64,000 nucleotides of DNA, taken from Macrostomum lignano. Lineage: Eukaryota. The notes beneath the pieces are model-generated. The model saw nothing but the letters and a program-made list of their open reading frames with translations. It searched no databases and was not told the origin of the DNA. Positions 22,681 through 37,600 of this stretch are shown here, piece by piece (the first letter of the stretch is position 1; the number at the start of each line of letters is the position of its first letter). The position numbers were made by a program, and so were the translations under genes. The stretch spans positions 62,001 to 126,000 of the forward strand of contig NIVC01002820.1 of assembly GCA_002269645.1 (NCBI GenBank), read 5' to 3'.

Positions 22681-25600
22681 ATCGGTACTGAAGCCAATTT
22701 CCAAGAAATTCAACTGCTCCAGTTTCTAGGAATCAGTACTGAAGCCTATTTCCAAGAAATTCAACTGCTCCAGTTTCTAGGAATCTGTACTGAAGCCTAT
22801 TTCCAAGAAATTCAACTGCTCCAGTTTCTAGGAATCTGTACTGAAGCCTATTTCCAAGAAATTCAACTGCTCCAGTTTCTAGGAATCAGTACTGAAGCCA
22901 ATTTCCAAGAAATTCAACTGCTCCAGTTTCTAGGAATCAGTACTGAAGCCTATTTCCAAGAAATTCAACTGCTCCAGTTTCTAGGAATCTGTACTGAAGC
23001 CTATTTCCAAGAAATTCAACTGCTCCAGTTTCTAGGAATCAGTACTGAAGCCTATTTCCAAGAAATTCAACTGCTCCAGTTTCTAGGAATCAGTACTGAA
23101 GCCTATTTCCAAGAAATTCAACTGCTCCAGTTTCTAGGAATCAGTACTGAAGCCTATTTCCAAGAAATTCAACTGCTCCAGTTTCTAGGAATCTGTACTG
23201 AAGCCTATTTTCAAGAAATTCAACTGCTCCAGTTTCTAGGAATCAGTACCGAAGCTTATTTCCAAGAGATTCAACTGCTCCAGTTTCTAGGAATCAGTAC
23301 CGAAGCTTATTTCCAAGAAATTCAACTGCTCCAGTTTCTAGGAATCTGTACTGAAGCCTATTTTCAAGAAACTCAACTGCTCCAGTTTCTAGGAATCTGT
23401 ACTGAAGCCTATTTCCAAGAAATTCAACTGCTCCAGTTTCTAGGAATCAGTACTGAAGCCTATTTCCAAGAAATTCAACTGCTCCAGTTTCTAGGAATCA
23501 GTACTGAAGCCTATTTCCAAGAAATTCAACTGCTCCAGTTTCTAGGAATCAGTACTGAAGCCTATTTCCAAGAAATTCAACTGCTCCAGTTTCTAGGAAT
23601 CTGTACTGAAGCCTATTTTCAAGAAACTCAACTGCTTCAGTTTCTAGGAATCAGTACTGAAGCCTATTTCCAAGAAATTCAACTGCTCCAGTTTCTAGGA
23701 ATCAGTACTGAAGCCTATTTCCAAGAAATTCAACTGCTCCATTTTCTAGGAATCTGTACTGAAGCCTATTTCCAAGAAATTCCACTGCTCCAGTTTCTAG
23801 GAATCTGTACTGAAGCCTATTTCCAAGAAATTCAACTGCTCCAGTTTCTAGGAATCAGTACTGAAGCTTATTTCCAAGAAATTCAACTGCTCCAGTTTCT
23901 AGGAATCAGTACTGAAGCCTATTTCCAAGAAATTCAACTGCTCCAGTTTCTAGGAATCTGTACTGAAGCCTATTTCCAAGAAATTCAACTGCTCCAGTTT
24001 CTAGGAATCTGTACTGAAGCCTATTTCCAAGAAATTCAACTGCTCCAGTTTCTAGGAATCAGTACTGAAGCCTATTTCCAAGAAATTCAACTGCTCCAGT
24101 TTCTAGGAATCTGTACTGAAGCCTATTTCCAAGAAATTCAACTGCTCCAGTTTCTAGGAATCAGTACTGAAGCCTATTTCCAAGAAATTCAACTGCTCCA
24201 GTTTCTAGGAATCAGTACTGAAGCTTATTTCCAAGAAATTCCACTGCTCCAGTTTCTAGGAATCAGTACTGAAGCCTATTTCCAAGAAATTCAACTGCTC
24301 CAGTTTCTAGGAATCAGTACTGAAGCCTATTTCCAAGAAATTCAACTGCTCCAGTTTCTAGGAATCTGTACTGAAGCCTATTTTCAAGAAATTCAACTGC
24401 TCCAGTTTCTAGGAATCAGTACCGAAGCTTATTTCCAAGAGATTCAACTGCTCCAGTTTCTAGGAATCAGTACCGAAGCTTATTTCCAAGAAATTCAACT
24501 GCTCCAGTTTCTAGGAATCTGTACTGAAGCCTATTTTCAAGAAATTCAACTGCTCAGTTTCTAGGAATCAGTACTGAAGCCTATTTCAAGAAATTCAACT
24601 GCTCCAGTTTCTAGGAATCAGTACTGAAGCCTATTTCCAAGAAATTCAACTGCTCCAGTTTCTAGGAATCAGTACTGAAGCCTATTTCCAAGAAATTCAA
24701 CTGCTCCAGTTTCTAGGAATCAGTACTGAAGCCTATTTCCAAGAAATTCAACTGCTCCAGTTTCTAGGAATCTGTACTGAAGCCTATTTCCAAGAAATTC
24801 AACTGCTCCAGTTTCTAGGAATCAGTACTGAAGCCTATTTCCAAGAAATTCAACTGCTCCAGTTTCTAGGAATCTGTACTGAAGCCTATTTCAAGAAATT
24901 CAACTGCTCCAGTTTCTAGGAATCAGTACTGAAGCTATTTCCAAGAATTCAACTGCTCCAGTTTCTAGGAATCAGTACCGAAGCTTATTTCCAAGAAATT
25001 CAACTGCTCCAGTTTCTAGGAATCTGTACTGAAGCCTATTTTCAAGAAACTCAACTGCTTCAGTTTCTAGGAATCAGTACTGAAGCCTATTTCCAAGAAA
25101 TTCAACTGCTCCAGTTTCTAGGAATCAGTACTGAAGCCTATTTCCAAGAAATTCAACTGCTCCAGTTTCTAGGAATCTGTACTGAAGCCTATTTCCAAGA
25201 AATTCAACTGCTCCAGTTTCTAGGAATCTGTACTGAAGCCTATTTTCAAGAAATTCAACTGCTCCAGTTTCTAGGAATCTGTACTGAAGCCTATTTCAAG
25301 AAATTCAACTGCTCAGTTTCTAGGAATCTGTACTGAAGCCTATTTCCAAGAAATTCAACTGCTCCAGTTCTAGGAATCTGTACTGAAGCCTATTTCCAAG
25401 AAATTCAACTGCTCCAGTTTCTAGGAATCTGTACTGAAGCCTATTTTCAAGAAATTCAACTGCTCCAGTTTCTAGGAATCAGTACTGAAGCCTATTTCCA
25501 AGAAATTCAACTGCTCCAGTTTCTAGGAATCAGTACTGAAGCCTATTTCCAAGAAATTCAACTGCTCCAGTTTCTAGGAATCAGTACTGAAGCCTATTTC

Positions 25601-28600
25601 CAAGAAATTCAACTGCTCCAGTTTCTAGGAATCAGTACTGAAGCCTATTTTCAAGAAATTCAACTGCTCCAGTTTCTAGGAATCAGTACCGAAGCTTATT
25701 TCCAAGAAATTCAACTGCTCCAGTTTCTAGGAATCAGTACTGAAGCTTATTTCCAAGAAATTCAACTGCTCCAGTTTCTAGGAATCTGTACTGAAGCCTA
25801 TTTCCAAGAAATTCAACTGCTCAGTTTCTAGGAATCAGTACTGAAGCCTATTTCCAAGAAATTCAACTGCTCCAGTTTCTAGGAATCAGTACTGAAGCCT
25901 ATTTCCAAGAAATTCAACTGCTCCAGTTTCTAGGAATCAGTACTGAAGCTATTTCCAAGAAATTCAACTGCTCCAGTTTCTAGGAATCAGTACTGAAGCC
26001 TATTTCCAAGAAATTCAACTGCTCCAGTTTCTAGGAATCAGTACTGAAGCCTATTTCCAAGAAATTCAACTGCTCCAGTTTCTAGGAATCAGTACTGAAG
26101 CCTATTTCCAAGAAATTCAACTGCTCCAGTTTCTAGGAATCTGTACTGAAGCCTATTTCAAGAAATTCAACTGCTCCAGTTTCTAGGAATCTGTACTGAA
26201 GCCTATTTCAAGAAATTCAACTGCTCCAGTTTCTAGGAATCAGTACTGAAGCCTATTTCAAGAAATTCAACTGCTCCAGTTTCTAGGAATCTGTACTGAA
26301 GCCTATTTCCAAGAAATTCAACTGCTCAGTTTCTAGGAATCAGTACTGAAGCCTATTTCCAAGAAATTCAACTGCTCCAGTTTCTAGGAATCAGTACTGA
26401 AGCCTATTTCCAAGAAATTCAACTGCTCCAGTTTCTAGGAATCAGTACTGAAGCCTATTTCCAAGAAATTCAACTGCTCCAGTTTCTAGGAATCTGTACT
26501 GAAGCCTATTTCAAGAAATTCAACTGCTCCAGTTTCTAGGAATCTGTACTGAAGCCTATTTCCAAGAAATTCAACTGCTCCAGTTTCTAGGAATCAGTAC
26601 TGAAGCCTATTTCAAGAAATTCAACTGCTCCAGTTTCTAGGAATCTGTACTGAAGCCTATTTCAAGAAATTCAACTGCTCCAGTTTCTAGGAATCAGTAC
26701 CGAAGCTTATTTCCAAGAAATTCAACTGCTCCAGTTTCTAGGAATCTGTACTGAAGCCTATTTCCAAGAAATTCAACTGCTCCAGTTTCTAGGAATCAGT
26801 ACTGAAGCCTATTTCCAAGAAATTCAACTGCTCCAGTTTCTAGGAATCTGTACTGAAGCCTATTTCCAAGAAATTCAACTGCTCCAGTTTCTAGGAATCT
26901 GTACTGAAGCCTATTTCCAAGAAATTCAACTGCTCCAGTTTCTAGGAATCTGTACTGAAGCCTATTTCCAAGAAATTCAACTGCTCCAGTTTCTAGGAAT
27001 CTGTACTGAAGCCTATTTTCAAGAAATTCAACTGCTCCAGTTTCTAGGAATCAGTACTGAAGCCTATTTCCAAGAAATTCAACTGCTCCAGTTTCTAGGA
27101 ATCAGTACTGAAGCCTATTTCCAAGAAATTCAACTGCTCCAGTTTCTAGGAATCAGTACTGAAGCCTATTTCAAGAAATTCAACTGCTCCAGTTTCTAGG
27201 AATCAGTACTGAAGCCTATTTCCAAGAAATTCAACTGCTCCAGTTTCTAGGAATCAGTACTGAAGCCTATTTCAAGAAATTCAACTGCTCCAGTTTCTAG
27301 GAATCAGTACTGAAGCCTATTTCCAAGAAATTCAACTGCTCCAGTTTCTAGGAATCAGTACTGAAGCCTATTTCCAAGAAATTCAACTGCTCCAGTTTCT
27401 AGGAATCTGTACTGAAGCCTATTTCAAGAAATTCAACTGCTCCAGTTTCTAGGAATCAGTACTGAAGCCTATTTCCAAGAAATTCAACTGCTCCAGTTTC
27501 TAGGAATCAGTACTGAAGCCTATTTCCAAGAAATTCAACTGCTCCAGTTTCTAGGAATCAGTACTGAAGCCTATTTCCAAGAAATTCAACTGCTCCAGTT
27601 TCTAGGAATCAGTACTGAAGCCTATTTCCAAGAAATTCAACTGCTCCAGTTTCTAGGAATCAGTACTGAAGCCTATTTCCAAGAAATTCAACTGCTCCAG
27701 TTTCTAGGAATCAGTACTGAAGCCTATTTCCAAGAAATTCAACTGCTCCAGTTTCTAGGAATCAGTACTGAAGCCTATTTCCAAGAAATTCAACTGCTCC
27801 AGTTTCTAGGAATCAGTACTGAAGCCTATTTCCAAGAAATTCAACTGCTCCAGTTTCTAGGAATCAGTACTGAAGCCTATTTCCAAGAAATTCAACTGCT
27901 CCAGTTTCTAGGAATCAGTACTGAAGCCTATTTCAAGAAATTCAACTGCTCCAGTTTCTAGGAATCTGTACTGAAGCCTATTTCCAAGAAATTCAACTGC
28001 TCCAGTTTCTAGGAATCAGTACTGAAGCCTATTTCCAAGAAATTCAACTGCTCCAGTTTCTAGGAATCAGTACTGAAGCCTATTTCCAAGAAATTCAACT
28101 GCTCCAGTTTCTAGGAATCAGTACTGAAGCCTATTTCAAGAAATTCAACTGCTCCAGTTTCTAGGAATCTGTACTGAAGCCTATTTCCAAGAAATTCAAC
28201 TGCTCCAGTTTCTAGGAATCAGTACTGAAGCCTATTTCCAAGAAATTCAACTGCTCCAGTTTCTAGGAATCTGTACTGAAGCCTATTTCAAGAAATTCAA
28301 CTGCTCCAGTTTCTAGGAATCAGTACTGAAGCCTATTTCAAGAAATTCAACTGCTCCAGTTTCTAGGAATCAGTACTGAAGCCTATTTCCAAGAAATTCA
28401 ACTGCTCCAGTTTCTAGGAATCAGTACTGAAGCCTATTTCCAAGAAATTCAACTGCTCCAGTTTCTAGGAATCAGTACTGAAGCCTATTTCCAAGAAATT
28501 CAACTGCTCCAGTTTCTAGGAATCAGTACTGAAGCCTATTTCCAAGAAATTCAACTGCTCCAGTTTCTAGGAATCAGTACTGAAGCCTATTTCCAAGAAA

Positions 28601-31600
28601 TTCAACTGCTCCAGTTTCTAGGAATCAGTACTGAAGCCTATTTCAAGAAATTCAACTGCTCCAGTTTCTAGGAATCAGTACTGAAGCCTATTTCAAGAAA
28701 TTCAACTGCTCCAGTTTCTAGGAATCAGTACTGAAGCCTATTTCCAAGAAATTCAACTGCTCCAGTTTCTAGGAATCAGTACTGAAGCCTATTTCCAAGA
28801 AATTCAACTGCTCCAGTTTCTAGGAATCAGTACTGAAGCCTATTTCAAGAAATTCAACTGCTCCAGTTTCTAGGAATCAGTACTGAAGCCTATTTCCAAG
28901 AAATTCAACTGCTCCAGTTTCTAGGAATCAGTACTGAAGCCTATTTCCAAGAAATTCAACTGCTCCAGTTTCTAGGAATCAGTACTGAAGCCTATTTCCA
29001 AGAAATTCAACTGCTCCAGTTTCTAGGAATCAGTACTGAAGCCTATTTCCAAGAAATTCAACTGCTCCAGTTTCTAGGAATCAGTACTGAAGCCTATTTC
29101 CAAGAAATTCAACTGCTCCAGTTTCTAGGAATCAGTACTGAAGCCTATTTCCAAGAAATTCAACTGCTCCAGTTTCTAGGAATCAGTACTGAAGCCTATT
29201 TCCAAGAAATTCAACTGCTCCAGTTTCTAGGAATCAGTACTGAAGCCTATTTCCAAGAAATTCAACTGCTCCAGTTTCTAGGAATCAGTACTGAAGCCTA
29301 TTTCCAAGAAATTCAACTGCTCCAGTTTCTAGGAATCAGTACTGAAGCCTATTTCCAAGAAATTCAACTGCTCCAGTTTCTAGGAATCAGTACTGAAGCC
29401 TATTTCCAAGAAATTCAACTGCTCCAGTTTCTAGGAATCAGTACTGAAGCCTATTTCCAAGAAATTCAACTGCTCCAGTTTCTAGGAATCTGTACTGAAG
29501 CCTATTTCCAAGAAATTCAACTGCTCCAGTTTCTAGGAATCAGTACTGAAGCCTATTTCCAAGAAATTCAACTGCTCCAGTTTCTAGGAATCAGTACTGA
29601 AGCCTATTTCCAAGAAATTCAACTGCTCCAGTTTCTAGGAATCAGTACTGAAGCCTATTTCCAAGAAATTCAACTGCTCCAGTTTCTAGGAATCAGTACT
29701 GAAGCCTATTTCCAAGAAATTCAACTGCTCCAGTTTCTAGGAATCAGTACTGAAGCCTATTTCCAAGAAATTCAACTGCTCCAGTTTCTAGGAATCAGTA
29801 CTGAAGCCTATTTCCAAGAAATTCAACTGCTCCAGTTTCTAGGAATCAGTACTGAAGCCTATTTCCAAGAAATTCAACTGCTCCAGTTTCTAGGAATCAG
29901 TACTGAAGCCTATTTCAAGAAATTCAACTGCTCCAGTTTCTAGGAATCAGTACTGAAGCCTATTTCCAAGAAATTCAACTGCTCCAGTTTCTAGGAATCA
30001 GTACTGAAGCCTATTTCCAAGAAATTCAACTGCTCCAGTTTCTAGGAATCAGTACTGAAGCCTATTTCAAGAAATTCAACTGCTCCAGTTTCTAGGAATC
30101 AGTACTGAAGCCTATTTCCAAGAAATTCAACTGCTCCAGTTTCTAGGAATCAGTACTGAAGCCTATTTCCAAGAAATTCAACTGCTCCAGTTTCTAGGAA
30201 TCAGTACTGAAGCCTATTTCCAAGAAATTCAACTGCTCCAGTTTCTAGGAATCAGTACTGAAGCCTATTTCCAAGAAATTCAACTGCTCCAGTTTCTAGG
30301 AATCTGTACTGAAGCCTATTTCAAGAAATTCAACTGCTCCAGTTTCTAGGAATCAGTACTGAAGCCTATTTCCAAGAAATTCAACTGCTCCAGTTTCTAG
30401 GAATCAGTACTGAAGCCTATTTCAAGAAATTCAACTGCTCCAGTTTCTAGGAATCAGTACTGAAGCCTATTTCCAAGAAATTCAACTGCTCCAGTTTCTA
30501 GGAATCAGTACTGAAGCCTATTTCCAAGAAATTCAACTGCTCCAGTTTCTAGGAATCAGTACTGAAGCCTATTTCCAAGAAATTCAACTGCTCCAGTTTC
30601 TAGGAATCAGTACTGAAGCCTATTTCCAAGAAATTCAACTGCTCCAGTTTCTAGGAATCAGTACTGAAGCCTATTTCCAAGAAATTCAACTGCTCCAGTT
30701 TCTAGGAATCAGTACTGAAGCCTATTTCCAAGAAATTCAACTGCTCCAGTTTCTAGGAATCAGTACTGAAGCCTATTTCCAAGAAATTCAACTGCTCCAG
30801 TTTCTAGGAATCAGTACTGAAGCCTATTTCCAAGAAATTCAACTGCTCCAGTTTCTAGGAATCAGTACTGAAGCCTATTTCCAAGAAATTCAACTGCTCC
30901 AGTTTCTAGGAATCAGTACTGAAGCCTATTTCCAAGAAATTCAACTGCTCCAGTTTCTAGGAATCAGTACTGAAGCCTATTTCCAAGAAATTCAACTGCT
31001 CCAGTTTCTAGGAATCTGTACTGAAGCCTATTTCCAAGAAATTCAACTGCTCCAGTTTCTAGGAATCAGTACTGAAGCCTATTTCCAAGAAATTCAACTG
31101 CTCCAGTTTCTAGGAATCAGTACTGAAGCCTATTTCCAAGAAATTCAACTGCTCCAGTTTCTAGGAATCTGTACTGAAGCCTATTTCCAAGAAATTCAAC
31201 TGCTCCAGTTTCTAGGAATCAGTACTGAAGCCTATTTCCAAGAAATTCAACTGCTCCAGTTTCTAGGAATCAGTACTGAAGCCTATTTCCAAGAAATTCA
31301 ACTGCTCCAGTTTCTAGGAATCAGTACTGAAGCCTATTTCCAAGAAATTCAACTGCTCCAGTTTCTAGGAATCAGTACTGAAGCCTATTTCCAAGAAATT
31401 CAACTGCTCCAGTTTCTAGGAATCAGTACTGAAGCCTATTTCCAAGAAATTCAACTGCTCCAGTTTCTAGGAATCAGTACTGAAGCCTATTTCCAAGAAA
31501 TTCAACTGCTCCAGTTTCTAGGAATCAGTACTGAAGCCTATTTCCAAGAAATTCAACTGCTCCAGTTTCTAGGAATCAGTACTGAAGCCTATTTCCAAGA

Positions 31601-34600
31601 AATTCAACTGCTCCAGTTTCTAGGAATCAGTACTGAAGCCTATTTCCAAGAAATTCAACTGCTCCAGTTTCTAGGAATCAGTACTGAAGCCTATTTCCAA
31701 GAAATTCAACTGCTCCAGTTTCTAGGAATCAGTACTGAAGCCTATTTCAAGAAATTCAACTGCTCCAGTTTCTAGGAATCAGTACTGAAGCCTATTTCCA
31801 AGAAATTCAACTGCTCCAGTTTCTAGGAATCAGTACTGAAGCCTATTTCCAAGAAATTCAACTGCTCCAGTTTCTAGGAATCAGTACTGAAGCCTATTTC
31901 CAAGAAATTCAACTGCTCCAGTTTCTAGGAATCAGTACTGAAGCCTATTTCCAAGAAATTCAACTGCTCCAGTTTCTAGGAATCAGTACTGAAGCCTATT
32001 TCCAAGAAATTCAACTGCTCCAGTTTCTAGGAATCAGTACTGAAGCCTATTTCCAAGAAATTCAACTGCTCCAGTTTCTAGGAATCAGTACTGAAGCCTA
32101 TTTCCAAGAAATTCAACTGCTCCAGTTTCTAGGAATCAGTACTGAAGCCTATTTCCAAGAAATTCAACTGCTCCAGTTTCTAGGAATCAGTACTGAAGCC
32201 TATTTCCAAGAAATTCAACTGCTCCAGTTTCTAGGAATCAGTACTGAAGCCTATTTCCAAGAAATTCAACTGCTCCAGTTTCTAGGAATCTGTACTGAAG
32301 CCTATTTCCAAGAAATTCAACTGCTCCAGTTTCTAGGAATCAGTACTGAAGCCTATTTCCAAGAAATTCAACTGCTCCAGTTTCTAGGAATCAGTACTGA
32401 AGCCTATTTCCAAGAAATTCAACTGCTCCAGTTTCTAGGAATCAGTACTGAAGCCTATTTCCAAGAAATTCAACTGCTCCAGTTTCTAGGAATCAGTACT
32501 GAAGCCTATTTCCAAGAAATTCAACTGCTCCAGTTTCTAGGAATCAGTACTGAAGCCTATTTCCAAGAAATTCAACTGCTCCAGTTTCTAGGAATCAGTA
32601 CTGAAGCCTATTTCAAGAAATTCAACTGCTCCAGTTTCTAGGAATCAGTACTGAAGCCTATTTCCAAGAAATTCAACTGCTCCAGTTTCTAGGAATCAGT
32701 ACTGAAGCCTATTTCCAAGAAATTCAACTGCTCCAGTTTCTAGGAATCAGTACTGAAGCCTATTTCCAAGAAATTCAACTGCTCCAGTTTCTAGGAATCA
32801 GTACTGAAGCCTATTTCCAAGAAATTCAACTGCTCCAGTTTCTAGGAATCAGTACTGAAGCCTATTTCCAAGAAATTCAACTGCTCCAGTTTCTAGGAAT
32901 CAGTACTGAAGCCTATTTCCAAGAAATTCAACTGCTCCAGTTTCTAGGAATCAGTACTGAAGCCTATTTCCAAGAAATTCAACTGCTCCAGTTTCTAGGA
33001 ATCAGTACTGAAGCCTATTTCCAAGAAATTCAACTGCTCCAGTTTCTAGGAATCAGTACTGAAGCCTATTTCCAAGAAATTCAACTGCTCCAGTTTCTAG
33101 GAATCAGTACTGAAGCCTATTTCCAAGAAATTCAACTGCTCCAGTTTCTAGGAATCAGTACTGAAGCCTATTTCCAAGAAATTCAACTGCTCCAGTTTCT
33201 AGGAATCAGTACTGAAGCCTATTTCCAAGAAATTCAACTGCTCCAGTTTCTAGGAATCAGTACTGAAGCCTATTTCCAAGAAATTCAACTGCTCCAGTTT
33301 CTAGGAATCAGTACTGAAGCCTATTTCCAAGAAATTCAACTGCTCCAGTTTCTAGGAATCAGTACTGAAGCCTATTTCCAAGAAATTCAACTGCTCCAGT
33401 TTCTAGGAATCAGTACTGAAGCCTATTTCCAAGAAATTCAACTGCTCCAGTTTCTAGGAATCTGTACTGAAGCCTATTTCCAAGAAATTCAACTGCTCCA
33501 GTTTCTAGGAATCAGTACTGAAGCCTATTTCCAAGAAATTCAACTGCTCCAGTTTCTAGGAATCAGTACTGAAGCCTATTTCAAGAAATTCAACTGCTCC
33601 AGTTTCTAGGAATCAGTACTGAAGCCTATTTCCAAGAAATTCAACTGCTCCAGTTTCTAGGAATCAGTACTGAAGCCTATTTCCAAGAAATTCAACTGCT
33701 CCAGTTTCTAGGAATCAGTACTGAAGCCTATTTCCAAGAAATTCAACTGCTCCAGTTTCTAGGAATCAGTACTGAAGCCTATTTCCAAGAAATTCAACTG
33801 CTCCAGTTTCTAGGAATCAGTACTGAAGCCTATTTCCAAGAAATTCAACTGCTCCAGTTTCTAGGAATCAGTACTGAAGCCTATTTCCAAGAAATTCAAC
33901 TGCTCCAGTTTCTAGGAATCAGTACTGAAGCCTATTTCCAAGAAATTCAACTGCTCCAGTTTCTAGGAATCAGTACTGAAGCCTATTTCCAAGAAATTCA
34001 ACTGCTCCAGTTTCTAGGAATCAGTACTGAAGCCTATTTCCAAGAAATTCAACTGCTCCAGTTTCTAGGAATCAGTACTGAAGCCTATTTCCAAGAAATT
34101 CAACTGCTCCAGTTTCTAGGAATCAGTACTGAAGCCTATTTCCAAGAAATTCAACTGCTCCAGTTTCTAGGAATCAGTACTGAAGCCTATTTCCAAGAAA
34201 TTCAACTGCTCCAGTTTCTAGGAATCAGTACTGAAGCCTATTTCCAAGAAATTCAACTGCTCCAGTTTCTAGGAATCAGTACTGAAGCCTATTTCCAAGA
34301 AATTCAACTGCTCCAGTTTCTAGGAATCAGTACTGAAGCCTATTTCCAAGAAATTCAACTGCTCCAGTTTCTAGGAATCAGTACTGAAGCCTATTTCCAA
34401 GAAATTCAACTGCTCCAGTTTCTAGGAATCAGTACTGAAGCCTATTTCCAAGAAATTCAACTGCTCCAGTTTCTAGGAATCAGTACTGAAGCCTATTTCC
34501 AAGAAATTCAACTGCTCCAGTTTCTAGGAATCAGTACTGAAGCCTATTTCCAAGAAATTCAACTGCTCCAGTTTCTAGGAATCAGTACTGAAGCCTATTT

Positions 34601-37600
34601 CCAAGAAATTCAACTGCTCCAGTTTCTAGGAATCAGTACTGAAGCCTATTTCCAAGAAATTCAACTGCTCCAGTTTCTAGGAATCAGTACTGAAGCCTAT
34701 TTCCAAGAAATTCAACTGCTCCAGTTTCTAGGAATCAGTACTGAAGCCTATTTCCAAGAAATTCAACTGCTCCAGTTTCTAGGAATCAGTACTGAAGCCT
34801 ATTTCCAAGAAATTCAACTGCTCCAGTTTCTAGGAATCAGTACTGAAGCCTATTTCCAAGAAATTCAACTGCTCCAGTTTCTAGGAATCAGTACTGAAGC
34901 CTATTTCCAAGAAATTCAACTGCTCCAGTTTCTAGGAATCAGTACTGAAGCCTATTTCCAAGAAATTCAACTGCTCCAGTTTCTAGGAATCAGTACTGAA
35001 GCCTATTTCCAAGAAATTCAACTGCTCCAGTTTCTAGGAATCAGTACTGAAGCCTATTTCCAAGAAATTCAACTGCTCCAGTTTCTAGGAATCAGTACTG
35101 AAGCCTATTTCCAAGAAATTCAACTGCTCCAGTTTCTAGGAATCAGTACTGAAGCCTATTTCCAAGAAATTCAACTGCTCCAGTTTCTAGGAATCAGTAC
35201 TGAAGCCTATTTCCAAGAAATTCAACTGCTCCAGTTTCTAGGAATCAGTACTGAAGCCTATTTCCAAGAAATTCAACTGCTCCAGTTTCTAGGAATCAGT
35301 ACTGAAGCCTATTTCCAAGAAATTCAACTGCTCCAGTTTCTAGGAATCAGTACTGAAGCCTATTTCCAAGAAATTCAACTGCTCCAGTTTCTAGGAATCA
35401 GTACTGAAGCCTATTTCCAAGAAATTCAACTGCTCCAGTTTCTAGGAATCAGTACTGAAGCCTATTTCCAAGAAATTCAACTGCTCCAGTTTCTAGGAAT
35501 CAGTACTGAAGCCTATTTCCAAGAAATTCAACTGCTCCAGTTTCTAGGAATCAGTACTGAAGCCTATTTCCAAGAAATTCAACTGCTCCAGTTTCTAGGA
35601 ATCAGTACTGAAGCCTATTTCCAAGAAATTCAACTGCTCCAGTTTCTAGGAATCAGTACTGAAGCCTATTTCCAAGAAATTCAACTGCTCCAGTTTCTAG
35701 GAATCAGTACTGAAGCCTATTTCAAGAAATTCAACTGCTCCAGTTTCTAGGAATCAGTACTGAAGCCTATTTCCAAGAAATTCAACTGCTCCAGTTTCTA
35801 GGAATCAGTACTGAAGCCTATTTCCAAGAAATTCAACTGCTCCAGTTTCTAGGAATCAGTACTGAAGCCTATTTCCAAGAAATTCAACTGCTCCAGTTTC
35901 TAGGAATCAGTACTGAAGCCTATTTCCAAGAAATTCAACTGCTCCAGTTTCTAGGAATCAGTACTGAAGCCTATTTCCAAGAAATTCAACTGCTCCAGTT
36001 TCTAGGAATCAGTACTGAAGCCTATTTCCAAGAAATTCAACTGCTCCAGTTTCTAGGAATCAGTACTGAAGCCTATTTCCAAGAAATTCAACTGCTCCAG
36101 TTTCTAGGAATCAGTACTGAAGCCTATTTCCAAGAAATTCAACTGCTCCAGTTTCTAGGAATCAGTACTGAAGCCTATTTCCAAGAAATTCAACTGCTCC
36201 AGTTTCTAGGAATCAGTACTGAAGCCTATTTCCAAGAAATTCAACTGCTCCAGTTTCTAGGAATCAGTACTGAAGCCTATTTCCAAGAAATTCAACTGCT
36301 CCAGTTTCTAGGAATCAGTACTGAAGCCTATTTCCAAGAAATTCAACTGCTCCAGTTTCTAGGAATCAGTACTGAAGCCTATTTCCAAGAAATTCAACTG
36401 CTCCAGTTTCTAGGAATCAGTACTGAAGCCTATTTCCAAGAAATTCAACTGCTCCAGTTTCTAGGAATCAGTACTGAAGCCTATTTCCAAGAAATTCAAC
36501 TGCTCCAGTTTCTAGGAATCAGTACTGAAGCCTATTTCCAAGAAATTCAACTGCTCCAGTTTCTAGGAATCAGTACTGAAGCCTATTTCCAAGAAATTCA
36601 ACTGCTCCAGTTTCTAGGAATCAGTACTGAAGCCTATTTCCAAGAAATTCAACTGCTCCAGTTTCTAGGAATCAGTACTGAAGCCTATTTCCAAGAAATT
36701 CAACTGCTCCAGTTTCTAGGAATCAGTACTGAAGCCTATTTCCAAGAAATTCAACTGCTCCAGTTTCTAGGAATCAGTACTGAAGCCTATTTCCAAGAAA
36801 TTCAACTGCTCCAGTTTCTAGGAATCAGTACTGAAGCCTATTTCCAAGAAATTCAACTGCTCCAGTTTCTAGGAATCAGTACTGAAGCCTATTTCCAAGA
36901 AATTCAACTGCTCCAGTTTCTAGGAATCAGTACTGAAGCCTATTTCCAAGAAATTCAACTGCTCCAGTTTCTAGGAATCAGTACTGAAGCCTATTTCCAA
37001 GAAATTCAACTGCTCCAGTTTCTAGGAATCAGTACTGAAGCCTATTTCCAAGAAATTCAACTGCTCCAGTTTCTAGGAATCAGTACTGAAGCCTATTTCC
37101 AAGAAATTCAACTGCTCCAGTTTCTAGGAATCAGTACTGAAGCCTATTTCCAAGAAATTCAACTGCTCCAGTTTCTAGGAATCAGTACTGAAGCCTATTT
37201 CCAAGAAATTCAACTGCTCCAGTTTCTAGGAATCAGTACTGAAGCCTATTTCCAAGAAATTCAACTGCTCCAGTTTCTAGGAATCAGTACTGAAGCCTAT
37301 TTCCAAGAAATTCAACTGCTCCAGTTTCTAGGAATCAGTACTGAAGCCTATTTCCAAGAAATTCAACTGCTCCAGTTTCTAGGAATCAGTACTGAAGCCT
37401 ATTTCCAAGAAATTCAACTGCTCCAGTTTCTAGGAATCAGTACTGAAGCCTATTTCCAAGAAATTCAACTGCTCCAGTTTCTAGGAATCAGTACTGAAGC
37501 CTATTTCCAAGAAATTCAACTGCTCCAGTTTCTAGGAATCAGTACTGAAGCCTATTTCCAAGAAATTCAACTGCTCCAGTTTCTAGGAATCAGTACTGAA

